Shown here one piece after another: positions 49,690-63,004 of a stretch of DNA of 64,000 nt. Below the pieces are notes generated by a model. The model was not told where the DNA came from, ran no database searches, and was given only the letters and a program-made list of their open reading frames with translations. The position numbers were made by a program, and so were the translations under genes. Each line of letters begins with the position of its first letter. The stretch's first letter is position 1. This stretch comes from Ginglymostoma cirratum (Eukaryota). Where the stretch lies: contig JAHRHZ010000098.1 in the NCBI GenBank assembly GCA_024137785.1, forward strand, positions 24,183,434-24,247,433, read 5' to 3'.

Positions 49690-50637
49690 GTGTGTTCATA
49701 ATTATGAAATGCTTCAAGAGGGTAGTCATTGCTCACATCAACTCTAGCCTCCCAGTCAGCCTTTATCTCTTGCAATTTGCCTACCGTTGCAACAGGTCCA
49801 CAGCAGACACCATCTCTCTGGCCCTACACTCATCTCTGGAACATCTGGATAACAAGGATACCTATGCCAGGCTCCTACTCATTTACTATAACTCTGCTTT
49901 CAATACTATACTTCCAACCAAACTAATCTCCAAACTTTGGGACCTAGGCCTCTGCTCCACCCTCTGCAACTGAATCATCAACTTCCTGACCCACAGACCG
50001 CAATCAGTGAGGATAGGCAACAATGCCTTCTCCATGACAATCCTCAACACTGGTCCACCCATGTTGAGCGACAGTCAAGAAAGTACAGCAACACTTCTAC
50101 TTCCTCAGGAAGCTGAGGAAATTTGACATGTCTGTAAAGACTCTTACCAATTTTTCTAGATGTAACAGAGAAAGCATTCAATCTGGATGCATCACAGTGT
50201 GGTATGGCAACTGCTCTGCCCAGGACCATAAGAAATCACAGAGAGTTCTGAACATAACCCAGGCCATCACATACGCCAACCTTCCATCCATTGACTCCAT
50301 TTATACTTCTTGCTGACTCAGAAAGGCAGCCAACATAATCGAAAACCCTTCCCAGCTTGGTTGTAATCTTTTCCAATCTTTTCAATTGGGCAGAAGATAA
50401 AAAGGCTTAAACGGACAGTCCAACAGATTCAAGAACAGCTTCTTCCCCGCTGTTATTAGACTTTCAAATGGACCTCTCACATTTCAAATTTCATGTTGAC
50501 CACGCTCTTTGTGTACCTTCTCTGCAACCATAACATTGTATTCTTCACTCTGTTCTATTAGCCTTATGCACTTTGTATGGCATGATCTGCTTGTACTGGT
50601 ACTTTTGACAATAATAAATCAAATCAAATCAAATCAC
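49690..50637 (+). mobile_element. Rex1/Babar LINE, 5'-truncated with internal deletion
   Basis: [65 protein letters not shown]; ESIQSGCITVWYGNCS; AATAAA(TCAAA)n tail. Confidence 0.9.
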
Positions 50638-50765
50638 CGAGTGACAACAGAAGAGCAGCAGTGGAACTGTATGAGAAGGGGAATAAACATGTCAACTTGA
50701 GATATGTTGTGAGTCTGTCTCTAACAGATTATTTTACCTGATGTGACAATGCTTGTGTTATCTCC

Positions 50766-52510
50766 TGTAACATATGGAACTAGACATGGACATTCTGGTA
50801 TTGAAGAATCGAACACACATTTATTACAACTAACTATTATGTACAAACATTAGATTTCTCAGACACGTAAGTGGCTGGGCTCATATTAAGCTGTTACATT
50901 AAAATAGAGGATCATGCTTCCAGTAGAGTGCAATGCTTCAAGTAATCTATGGGTAAGAAGGAGCGTGAGATCTTTATGCCCTCAGGTCACATGTTAACTT
51001 GATGTGTCTTGATGTCATGAACTTATCTTTTAATGTCCTACTGATGTGCTGACCATGAGTCATGACACAAGAAAGGACAGTACATTTGTGAACCACAGTG
51101 TCACTGTTAATCTCCCTTGGTGAGGCCTCAACAAACCTACTGGAGGACAGATTGCTGGATTGCTGTGCAATCCTCCAAACACTGAAATCTGCAAGCATTG
51201 TGGCAGTACTCTGAATCTGCGTGGAAACAAATGTGCTTCTTATGTCTTTCATCTGAGTTTTCACTGCAACATGGGATCTATGAGGGGATTTCAGACTGAA
51301 CTACATTGAAAGTTGAGAGATCACTCACCAGGCCAAGTTCAGCAGTGCTATTAAACAATTGACTCCACTTCCTCAGTGTAAAGGATTGACTTCTAGCTGA
51401 GGCCTCCAAAACACTTCATCCCTAAACACAGGAACCCCTTCTCTTCCTTGATTCTCTATCTGTGCATTTCCTCCTTTTAGCTAGTGCCAGTCTTGGTACA
51501 GCCAGCATCAGTTCCCTTCCATTGAGTGGAGCTCCCCTTACAATGGGTAGACTGCCCTTTAACAGAATCACATGGGCAGCATAATATAGTATCAGGGCAT
51601 GCTGCTTGATCCCTCGCTGAACGCCCAGGAGTCAGCACAGCCTCTTCTCAAACCAACACTATAATCTTTCAAACAAGGAGGAAGCACCAAGTTTGAGTGC
51701 TGCCTACTTCAAAGAGCACACATTTGGGCAGATTGCAAAACTCCAGATAGTATGTATTTTAGTCCCCTTTTTTTTTGCAATCTTGGATTCTTGTGACGTT
51801 AAATGCAGCATTTTAAATTTGGACAAATTACCTGAAAAATTCTTTGTCAGTGTCACATCCTGCCCTGTCTTGTGTCAGTCACAGTTTAATATCTGATCTG
51901 AAATGGTTGATTGATTGAACTGAGTGAAGAAGCCAGTTTATTACTTTGTAGTGCAACCAGTCCTTTCCCCGGTTCACAGGACAATCTGTAATGTAACAAT
52001 CAGACTTTGTTTCAAGATCTAAAAAAGTGCTGACAGGCCATCTGTTTGGAATTTTGACGTTGTGCCCAGATTCCTCAGTTGTGATCAGGAATAATCTGGT
52101 ATGAAGACAAACAGATAAAACAATCTCTCATACTGCTCAGTTGATCATTCATGCAATTTTCATCCCATGATTGCCATGTTTTTAGGAATAATCTGGGTCA
52201 CTTCCCTATTTCCTGGCCCAAAAACAGTTAGGCACTTTCACCATTTGTTAGAACCGATGAAAGAAAATTGGGATGAATGCACACACATCATTGAACCTCT
52301 GCCTCTCTGTGGGCCTGATTACAATACTTAGATCCACCGAAGGTTATCTGCCCTTTCCAGTTTTCAACTGGACCTTCATCTTAGCTGAGTAGAGCTATCA
52401 CTGAACAAGGCAGGTTTAAATGCTGCATTTAAGGCCTCCATGCGATCTCCTTCAGTACTGTCATTAGAACCAACAATTCATCAAATTACCCATAATCTCT
52501 CAGTGAGTTC
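50766..52510 (-). mobile_element. Very old Gypsy pol relic with possible short LTR
   Basis: Minus-strand remnants IVGSNDSTEGDRMEAL (RT-like) and TDGLSAL (cf. NADGLSRL, RNase H end); TGTAACA...TGTTACA-bounded segment 50766-50898 with AATAAA on the minus strand. Confidence 0.4.
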
Positions 52511-52992
52511 AGAAACATTTCCAGCAGGAATACACCATTTCATTTGCCCTTAGAGAAAATTTGCTCAAAGTGTTGTAGTACGCTGTGAGGAACCAAGTCA
52601 ATGTAGTCTCCCCCACCGATACCTTGGGATTGAGCAGGAGTGCCAAGACAAGCTTCAAGATGAGTGAAAAAAGTGCTTGTCCTATCAAGCCCTCATTGTG
52701 ACCAGAATAAGTACACACAGGAACCAAGGAAGTGAGGGGTTTTTTATGCCGTAAATAATCTTATATCTCAGAGCCATTGACAGTGCACAGAATTCCACAG
52801 TGAATCTGCTGACAACTGAAACCAGAAAACAACACTACAACAATAGGAATGAATAGGTGGGACATTACAGAGAACAACCAATGGAGCTTCAGGGAGCCAA
52901 GGGTGATGCATCTAATGGAAGTCAACCCATATAGGACTGGAGCTTGTTGAGTTGCTTTTACATTGGCTTCAATGAATGGGCAATTGAGGTGA

Positions 52993-53130
52993 ACATAAGA
53001 CCATAAAAATAGAAACAGAGTAGGCCGTTCTGCCCCTTGAGTCTGCTCTGCCATTCAGTATGATCATGGATGATCCAACATTCATCATATCCACTTTCCT
53101 GCCCTTTCTTTGTAACCCTTAATGACCCTA
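52993..53130 (-). mobile_element. CR1 3' tail
   Basis: CATAAGACCATAAAAATAGAAACAGAGTAGGCCGTTCTGCCCCTTGAGTCTGCTCTGCCATTC, similar to the reverse complement of 60360-60497. Confidence 0.75.
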
Positions 53131-55090
53131 CGTGGGAAAATACCTGAGGGATATGTGACCCTGGGAAATTATTGTAATTCTATACCAAGCCAACTTATTG
53201 TTAGTGGATCAATCAAGATTGGTTACTGTTGATTGAATGTAAATGAATATAATTCAATCTTCAGTGTAGTAACCTGTACTCAGTATTTGTCTGGGAGTCC
53301 CTACTCCTGATCCAACTAGATCCCTGTATTTCTAAAAACATTTCTCCAGCAAACAAGATGATATGTGAAATTCAGCCCCTCCTCCCTCTCCTGATTTACC
53401 ACAGTAATTCTTTTTATAGATATATTAGCAGCTGTAAATTTGTTGGAGTGGCTATGGATGTTGCTGTGTCCAGATTACAGCATTGTATCATGTTTATGGG
53501 GCTAATTACAAAAATGTCACATTCAGCATACCTCACTGAATGCTGATTAGATCAGAACTCAGAACTAAACATTGTCCATCATCTGCCCATTACTGGGTGA
53601 ATATCATTTACAAATCTTTGTTCCTTTTTGTGTCTGCGTAGTATTATCTTGCAGAATAATTGGGGCTTTCCTCATGGTGTTGAATAATCATTATTATGAT
53701 TATAAGGATCCGTGTTTTGGGGGTCCTGACGGATCCTATTAGCTTATGCCTAGCAGTTTTTTCAAGGTTACCCATACCAAGCTGGAGGTGGCACATTACA
53801 GCAATGGTAAAAGTATTTATTGTAGTTCATATGCACATGGAAGAGATCTATGAAATTATATTTTGTAGGTTAAAGCCAGTTCATCGTGGGAATGGCTCAA
53901 ACTCACAAAGTTGCTCCTTCCAGTCAATTTTTCTTGGATCAACTGCCTTCTCATTGTTTAAAAAAATGGAAAAATGTAATACAAGTACAAACCAAATGCT
54001 TTTCTGTCGCTGAAGTGCATTAGAGCCGAATAATGGGACCTTCCCTCTCCATATAACTCCTGCTGTACCTCATCTGAGAGTGCTCAGTGGGAAAGTGCCA
54101 AAATAGCTATCTGCTACATCAATAAGTTCAATATCTGCCCAGGAAAGCTTGATGGAAAACTGTTGAGGGGAGTTAACCCTGCAATTAAGCCAGGCTGTGC
54201 CTGACTTGGGGTTGCTTGATGCTAACACTGAGTATGTGAAACATAAAGTGTTCTGTGCACCAACATCCTTCAGCTCGATTTGTTTAAAAAAAAACTAAAA
54301 AGGCTTGGGAAAAGTGACTGACTCCTTGCTAGTATAAAACATTCTCAGAACACAAGCCACAGTTTAATGCTTGTCAACCAGTGAATAATATAGCAGAGTT
54401 TGAATCTGCCTTGAAAAGCTGTCTCTGTGAAACAAATTAATCTTTTCTTATTTTGACTTTAGTATAAGTACATGGACTGGAATGCATAATATTATTCCTT
54501 TTTTCTCTCCAATTGGCTCCACGGATTACTTTTCATTATTAGCCTACTTTTGGTATTAGTTTAAGTTAAGGATTTTGAGGATGTCTTTGATGGAACAATT
54601 GGATCAGCAACATCATCGTTCTGTAATTCACGATACAGCCCAATTCCCCTGCAATTCATGAGATTGTTGTAAGAATGATTTCATCTCTTCACATCAAATG
54701 TGAACAAAGGCGCAAATGTTATCAATCAGGGAAATAGTCCCATTTCATACTTCTACCGTGATTCATGTGACGAGCGGAGTTGAGAGGCAGCTTTCTTAAA
54801 GCTGCTTATTAATCTCAAGTCCAGAGCAAACCCAGATTCGAACAATGCTGACACCTTGTTGTTGACTACCCCACCACTCAACCATTTTCATTCAGCTATA
54901 GCTCAGACCTTGATATTATTCACTTTCTCCATCCAAGGCTCATATACATGGCTCTAATCCAGCAATACAAGCCACTGCACCTCACTTTGCTGACTGTTGG
55001 TCAAAACATAAGGTCCACCTTATTAGTGTAATAAACCCAGAAAGTAGCACTTGACAAAGATTTTATTTGCAGAAGCAGATTATCAAGTAA

Positions 55091-55298
55091 TAGAGGAGCA
55101 AATTAGTGCAGATGCTGGAACCTGTGCTGAAAACAACAAATGCTGGAGATCACAGTGGGACAGACAGCATCAGTGGAGAGAGAGCAAGCTAATGTTTCGA
55201 GTCAAGATGACTCTTCATCTAGACTCGAAACGTTAGCTTGCTCTGTCTCTATGGATGCTGTCTGACCCATTGTGATCTCCAGCATTTGTTGTTTTCAG
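55091..55298. mobile_element. Fold-back Penelope terminal module (family C) with head-to-head hammerhead halves
   Basis: 77-bp arms 55127-55203 / 55222-55298; minus strand GATGA-A-GAGTC-ATCTT-GACTC-GAAAC; 10-bp TSD TATCA(A/G)GTAA at 55081 and 55299. Confidence 0.85.
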
Positions 55299-57297
55299 TA
55301 TCAGGTAAAAGAACTGTTAAGGGGCGGCTGAATGCCTTTAAAAGTGAGGATTCTGTAAGTAGTGTCCAATACACTGACTATTCAAATCCTGGAGCAGGCA
55401 GTCTTTTAGCAAGGATTGCTTTTATAAGAAGAGCAAGCAGATTAGGAATTAGACTGCAGGTCTCTCTGAAGTGTTTGTTGCTAATAGCCACAGGAGCAGT
55501 GATTCCACCTTCCAACTGTAGTATGATGTTTGCCCCTAACTTAAGTAAATGTTGGGGTGTCTTGAATACAGCAAACACACTGAACATCCAGAGGTCAAAA
55601 CCTACACAAAGCATGCTAAACATATGCATATTGAAATTGCCTCAGTGCTTGTTAATACATGGCATTTGTTTAATGTAAGGTGGTCACAGCAAAACATTGC
55701 TGTGTTTAGCTACTACATTGATGTTGTACATTGGGAATGTGTCAGTCTATTACTTGATGGAACTTTGTGGTGGTTTTATGAGTCTCGCCAGTTGGATGGA
55801 AGTCAGTGAAAGATTCGAGCTGCCTATTTTGGAAAGACTACTAATGAGGCAATGGTGAGGAAACCAAATAGGTTCCACCAAGAATGATAAAAATCAGGTC
55901 AGAGGTCCCCAAGTGAGAATTGCTGGCCAGATATCCACAGCTCTTGTGCTCAGCAACTCTTGGTTCCAGAAGGCTAATCAGTGGGCTCCCATGGTTGTGG
56001 AGGGCCCAGATTGTAGCTAAGTAATGTATGGCTGAGATTTATGGGCTGGGAATTACAAGGGAGAGGATGCAGGCAAGATGGAACCAAGAGCAGGGAATAC
56101 TTCTCATCATCACACCTCCTTCCCAATGTCCAGTAACTTGGTGAAGTACTGATTGCCTTTCTTCAAGACACCCTCTGCACTCAAGGTGACAAGTGTCCCC
56201 CACACTTTCCCTGGTCATGGATGATGTCTAGGCCACCTGCAGATAGGTTAATCCCAGCAGAAGCAAGACAAAGTCTTTAAATGGCTATTATTCAACATGA
56301 GTTTGTCCAATAAACTGGTGCAAAGGAGATGTAACCAATGTAAAATGGAGTGGAGTTCTGTATTACCAGCTTTTAACTTTGTTGGCTTTTGGGCATTTTT
56401 ATATCATGGTGATTTTTTCCACAATACATATTTCATCTTTAGTTGTGACTTTAACAATAATGAGAACAGGGTGAACTTTGTTTGATTTAAGTTTAGACCA
56501 AACATGTTCTGCCACTACCCATTTAGATTGTTACTTTCATACCTGACATTTTGTCTATGTCCGGTTCCTTTAGAACCGTCAACTTACAGAGGGGCTGTTA
56601 GAATTTTCTGCACAAGGCTTGTCCATAGGCTCTGCACTGCTAGCTGGCTCTGAAGGTCACACACACCTTAACATTCATGCTTTGGGATCGTTCCAGGTTG
56701 TTGCTGGAGACATCATCAATCAGATCTGTGTATAGATGTATTAAGTAAGTCACTTGTGTGTTGTTTTCGTGAACTAGCAAATTAATTTCTTTCCCCAAGA
56801 CCAACCATTGGAACAAAGAGAGGATGCTGCAGTTTGAAGGTTAGTCATACCCCTGAAAGTCTGAGAGCTATGGGCTACATTTTACACAGATACTGAGTTG
56901 CATGCTCATTCACATTAAGTACTGGATGAAGTGGAAAGGAATCCACTTACTAATGTATATCTCATACGTAACCGTCAGTATTACCCTGGTTACTGTTGTG
57001 GTGCTTTCACTTTAAGGCAATCCATCAGTACTCAAAATGTACAGGAAGGTGACAGTTTTGCCCTGGATTGATCAGTGCATCCCTCTGGGGCCTTGGCTTA
57101 TGTCACCTCTGTGGCAGCTGAGAAGACCAGTTTAAAATAGGCAAAATGATTTCCATTCATTCACGAGTCACTGTAGGATAAACTCTTGGCTTGCATATAA
57201 ACAGCTTTTTGCCTACGGGGTACTCAATTTTGCTGTTTGAGAATACATCATCCCAGAGAATCTGAGTGCCCCATTCATGAAGACACTCAAAACAAAG

Positions 57298-60200
57298 AGT
57301 GGAACTGTTCAGGGGTTATCAGGAGCTAGGAAAAAAATTAAAGAACAGGTCCGCAAGGATTGTAATCTGCGGATTACTGCCCGAGCCACGTGCAAATTGG
57401 CATAGGGACACGAGAATAAGGGAAGTAAACACATGGCTAAAGGAGTGGTGCGGGAAAGAAGAGTTCCTTTTCATAGGGCACTGGCAACAGTATTGGAACA
57501 GGAGGGATCTTTATCTATGGGATAGTCTCCACCAGAACCAAGCTGGGACCAATGTTCTAGCAAAATGGGTAAATAGGCTGGTCAACAGGATTTTAAACTA
57601 GAAAGTAGGTGGTGGGGGAAGGGAAGGGTTAAACTTCCCCCAGTGGGGAACAAAGCAACGGACTAATATCTGTAGGGGTAGATTCCACTGTGTGGAAAAA
57701 TATGATAAAAAAATGATGGGGTAGGAGAGCTCAGGAGAGGCTACTAAAGTCTCCAGCACAGACACAAATAGGACAGAGTGTTTGGAAAGGGTTAAGAATC
57801 AAACTTCAAGCACACTGGATAAACAAGTGGCAATGAGAAGAGGGACGGTTAATACAAGACTGAAGGTGTTATTTCTGAATGCACGCAGTATAAGGAGTAA
57901 GGTAAATGAGGTTGTGGCTCTGATCGAAATTGGCAGATATGACATAGTGGGCATCACGGAGACATGGCTGCATGGGGATCAGGATTGGGACTTGAGTATC
58001 CAAGGAAAAACATCCTATCGAAAAGATAGGCATGTGGACAGAGGGAATGGGGTTGCCTTGTCAGTAAGAAATGAAATTAAATCAATAGTAAGAAACAAAA
58101 TAGGATCAGATGGTGTAGAATCTGTGTGGGTAGAGTTGAGGAACCACAAAACCCATAGTTGGAATTACTTACAGGCCTCCAAACAGTAGACAGGAGCTGA
58201 GATGCAAGATACACCAGGAGATAGAAAAGGTGTGAAAGAAAGGCAAAGTTACAGTGATCATGGGGGATTTCAAAATGTAGGTGGACTGGGAAAGTCAGGT
58301 TGGTAGTGGATTGCAAGAAAAGGAATTTGTGGAATGTCTACGAGATGGTTTTTTGGAGCAGCTTGTGGTGGAGCCCACTAGGGAACAGACATTACTGGAT
58401 TTAGTGTGGTGTAATGAAGCAGATTGATGAGGAAGCTTTAACGTGAAGGAACCCTTAAGAGGCAGTGATCATAATATGATTGAATTTACTCTGCAACTTG
58501 AGAGGGAGAAGACAGAATCAGAGGTAATGGTATTACAGCTAAATAAAGGCAACTACAGAGGCATGAAGGAGGAGCTGGGCAGAATTGACTGAGAGAGGAG
58601 CCTAGCAGGAAAGACAGTGGAACAGCAATGGCAGGAGTTTCTATGAGTAACTTAGGAGACGCAGCAAAAATTCATCCCTAGGACAAAGAAGCATGGTACA
58701 GGGATGATGAGGCAACCATGGCTGACAAGGAAAGTCAAGGATAGCATAAAAGCAAAAGAGAAAGCATATAATGTGGCAAAGGGCAGTGGGAAACCAGAAG
58801 ATTGGGAAGCTTACAAAGACCAACAGAGAGCACAGGTAATATCCCAAAAATTTGAGAGAGTCAGGAGCCATCACCAAGGAGAAGGTTTTAGAAAAACTGA
58901 AGGTGGATAAATCACCAGGACCAGATAGGCTATACCCCAGAATTCTTAAGGATATAGCTGAAGAGATGCTGGAGATGTTAATAGTGATCTTTCAAGAATC
59001 GCTACAGGCAGGGAGGGTCCCAGATGACTGGAAAATCGCTAACGTGACACCCCTGTTTAAAAAGACAGTAAGTAGAAGACTGAAAATTACAGGCCAATTA
59101 GCCTAACGTAGGTTGTGGGTAAGATTTTAGAGTCCATTTTGAAGGAAGAGATTTCTGAATATTTGGAAGTGTACAGTAAAATAGGGCAAAATCAATGCAG
59201 CTTCATCAAGGGAGGTCATGCCTGATAAATCTGTTAGAATTCTTTGAGGAAGTAACGAGCAGGTTAGACCAAGGAGAGCCAATGGATGTTATCTACCTGG
59301 ACTTCAAGAAGACCTTTGACAAGGTGCTGCACAGGAGGCTACTGAGTAAGATGGTGATGGCCCATGGTGTTAGAGGCAAGGTACTTGCATGCATAGAAGA
59401 TTGACTATCTGGCAGAAAGCAGACAGTGGGGATAATAGGGTCTTTGTCAGGATGGCAGCCAGTGACAAGTGGTGTTCCACAAGGGTCAGTGTTGTGGGAC
59501 CACAACCTTTCACTTTATACATTAATGATCTAGATGAAGGAACTGGGGGCATTCTGGCTAAGTTTGCATACGATACAAAGATAGGTAGATGGACACATAG
59601 TATTGAGAATGCGGGGAGGCTGCAGAAGGATTTGCACAGGTTAGGAGATTGGGCAAAGAAGTGGCAGATGGAGTATAATGTGGGAAAGCATGAGGTCATA
59701 CACTTTGGTAAGAAGAATAAAAACATAGACTATTTTCTAAATGGGGAGAAAATTCAGAAGTTTGAAGTCTAAACAGACTTAGAAGTTCTAGTCCAGGATT
59801 CTCTCAAGGTAAAATTGCAGGTTGAGTCAGTAGTCAGGAAGGCATATCAACTTTGGCATTTATTTTGAGAGGACTTGAATATAAAAGCAAGAATGTACTT
59901 CTGATGCTCTATGAGGCTCTGGTCAGGCCACATTTGGAGTATTGTGCACAGTTTTGGGCCCCATATCTCAGGAAAGATGTACTGGCCCTGGAGCAGGTTC
60001 AGAGGATGATCACAAAAATGGTCCCAGGAATAAAAAAATTAACATATGAGGAACGTTTGAGGACTCTGGGCCTAAACTTGATGGAGTTTAGAAGGATGAT
60101 GGGGGATCTAATTGAAACTTTCAGAATACTGAATGGCCTGGACAGAGTGGATGTTGGGAAGATGTATCCATTGGTAGGAGAGACTAGGACTCAAGGGCAC

Positions 60201-60497
60201 AGCCTTAGAATTAAACGGAAGACCTTTTAAAATGGAGATAAGGAGAAACTTCATCAGCTAGATGATGGCGAATCTATAGATATCACTGCCACTGAAGGCT
60301 GTGGAGGCCAGACCATTGAGTATATTTAAGACGGAGATCGATAGGTTCTTGATTGTCAAGGGGATCAAGGGTTACAGGGAGAAAGCGGAAGAATGGGTTT
60401 GAGAAACTTATTAGCCATGATTGAGTGGCGGAGTACACTCAATGAGCTGAACGGCCTAAATTCTGCTCCAATTTCTAATGGTCTTATGGTCTTATAG
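57298..60497 (+). mobile_element. Long CR1 LINE: ORF1 SGNH esterase end, APE endonuclease, RT; non-functional
   Basis: 57299..57601 RIVICGLLPEPRA..REVNTWLKEWC..DSLHQNQAG; LKVLFLNARSIRSK..DIVGITETWL; DVIYLDFKKTFDKV; LYINDL..KFAYDTKIG; (ATGGTCTT)n tail; stops, frameshifts and a deletion near 58835. Confidence 0.95.
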
Positions 60498-60539
60498 ATT
60501 AAAAGCCCATTCACAACTCTTCAGATTCTGAAGCAGTCC

Positions 60540-61325
60540 GTTTTGAAACGCAGCAAGGCCTAGACACCATCCCTGCTTGGGCTAGCAAGTGACAAGTGAC
60601 ATTCATGTGACACAATTGCTAAATAATGACCATCACCGACAAGAATGTGTACAGCTATTGCCCCTTGATGACTGCCAACATCAGGTGGCTACCATTGCCC
60701 AGAACATGAAGTTAATCTGCAACATAGGTACTGTAGCCACAATATCAGGTCAGAGGCTACAGTATTAAATCACCTCTTGTCTCCCCAGTGCCTTTCTACC
60801 ATTTACAAGGCACACATTAGGAATGCAATGGAATACTGTCCACTTGTCTAGATAGGTGCAGCAACAAATACATTCAGGAGGCAACTGTCCATCCAAACAA
60901 AGCATACACTTGACTAACATCCCATCCACCACCTTCAACACTCACTACCTTCACCTCCAATGCCTAGCGGCAACAGTGTATACTCCCTACAAGATGCATT
61001 GTAGTAACCCACCTAGTCGTCTTCAAATGTACTTTTCAAACCTATGACCTCTCCCACTTAGAATGGCAAGAGGAATAGATGTATGGGAGAACTATTTGCT
61101 GCAACTTTCCATTCAAGCCATGCACCATCCTGACTCGGAATCACATAACAGTTATTTCACTGTTGCTAGGTCAAATTCCTTCTTAACAATACTTTGAGAG
61201 TATCTACACTCTAAAGATTGCAGCTTTTTAAGAAGACAGCTCACCACTAACTTAACAGGCTAATTAGTAATAGTCAATGAATGCTGGCCTAGCCAGCGAA
61301 TTCACACTATATGAATGAATAAAGA
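60540..61325 (+). mobile_element. CR1/L2-clade LINE 3' portion (GGGCAATAAATGCTGG-tail family)
   Basis: TIYKAHIRNAMEYCPLV motif; tail ATGCTGGCCTAGCCAGCG...ATGAATGAATAAA. Confidence 0.75.
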
Positions 61326-61467
61326 AACTATACTATGAATATCTGTACACCACAAAGTGGAAGATCGAATTATGGTACAGGAGGATAGTGAGTGCAGACT
61401 TAAGGAGGATAAGGAAGGGTAGTATATAGGAGTTGCAATCACAATAAATGTAATTTTGATTTTAAAA

Positions 61468-61620
61468 AAAGCAAGAAATGCAGATGCTGGAAATCTGAAA
61501 CAAAAACAGTCAATGTTGGAGCAACTCAGGAGGTCTGGCAGCATCTGGAGAGAGAAAAGCAGACTTAACGTTTTGAATCCAGTGACCCTTTCTTTTGATG
61601 AAGTTTCATTGGCCTTGAAG
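61468..61620 (-). mobile_element. Penelope terminal module (family B), degenerate
   Basis: TGCAGATGCTGGAAATCTGAAACAAAAACAG...TTAACGTTTTGAATCCAGTGACCCTT is related to the reverse complement of 4229-4350. Confidence 0.75.
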
Positions 61621-63004
61621 TATGAATAGATGTAATTTGACTGTGACTGTGTACAGCAGTGAGCAATGAGTTAAGGGGCATCACTTGAAATCCTTAGAAA
61701 TGGAAAAATGGGGAAAAGGAAGTTTGAAAGGTGACAAACATTTCTGTAGACCGTGTGTTGCCAGATTTTCTCTCCCATACTGATCTCATGAAGTGCATCC
61801 CAAATATAAGATCCCAAACTCAAAATTTTTTTCCAATTTCTTCATCCCACAGAAAGATAGTCCTGCCCAGTCAGACCACACAATGCAAAATCAAATAAGA
61901 CACTGATGTCAAACTCATAAAATAAATATAGTGAGGACAATCTAAGCCTGGACCTTCACTAAGCTTCCCAAGCTGGAATATCAGAACCCTCATTCCAAAG
62001 CCTAAGCTTTTTGAATCCTGGCTGTTCTCCTGCTAGAGCTCCCACTCAGCTCCCTGGAAGGCTCAAAGATCTCTTGCCCAGTGGGCCTTAGTTCTATTAA
62101 GTCAAGTTTGATTTGCATTAGAAATATTTACTGGAGCATGATGACTGCTGTGGAAATTGGATATGGTATTTGCAAGCAAGCTGAGCTGAATTGGCATTAG
62201 AATTTCAATAGAAGTATGAATACAGTGCAGTTCAAGAGAAAGGCATCTCACCAAATACAGCATGCTTGCTATTGGTAGAATAGCCCTGAGCGAACTAGTA
62301 CCAAGAGGCATTGCTGCTTCAAGCCTAACATGAGGCAAAAGCACTTAAAACACATTCAGCTATTAATATTCATGAACTGCTGTGAAATTCCTACAGTATT
62401 TTTAGAAGCAATAAAAAATTAATCAAAGCATAGTGTTTCACTGTTATCCCACAGTGTTTGATACTAAATAAATATTATCGAGAAGAATGGTCTTGTGTGT
62501 GTGACAGAGTGCAAAGGAGTTGTTAATGGGCAATATTGTCAAAGTATTAACTCACTCACTATTTTATTGCCATCTATGTGTTTTTTGTATTTTAGCTGTC
62601 CACATGTGATATTATTGATAACATGCCTATGTTACTCCATGGAATACCAAGGTAGAGATGGGGGATTAGGAGTAGCATTTTGAGAGCAATTTGTTTTGAG
62701 GCTTAAATACATTTTTATTGGTTCCTGGAAAATAAATAGTGCTTCCTTCATCCACTGCAGATAGATTATCAAACTATAGCTGTTTCATATATATATCAAT
62801 CTGTGCAATGAAAAGGGAACTAGCCGAGATCAAAAATGTTGACAGAAGAGTGAATGAGACTTTACTGAAGGTAATAAGAAATGGAAATTGAGTTAATGAA
62901 TTTATTTACTCAAAATATTGTGAAATGCGTTCTTTATTTTGTTTTGGAAAATTTTGGTTGCTTTAGAATTACACTGAATTGTTTCCAAATAGCCATACCA
63001 TGAA

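Noticed and set aside
53705-53737. Hairpin AGGATCCGT...ACGGATCCT
   Set aside because: A single 9-bp stem can arise by chance in 64 kb; no supporting context
55238-55678. 146-aa ORF with an antisense ORF at 55378..55629
   Set aside because: Begins inside a Penelope hairpin; no recognisable domain or splice structure
57299-57601. Captured host esterase gene
   Set aside because: The SGNH esterase is the known ORF1 domain of CR1-clade LINEs and sits directly upstream of the APE/RT ORF2
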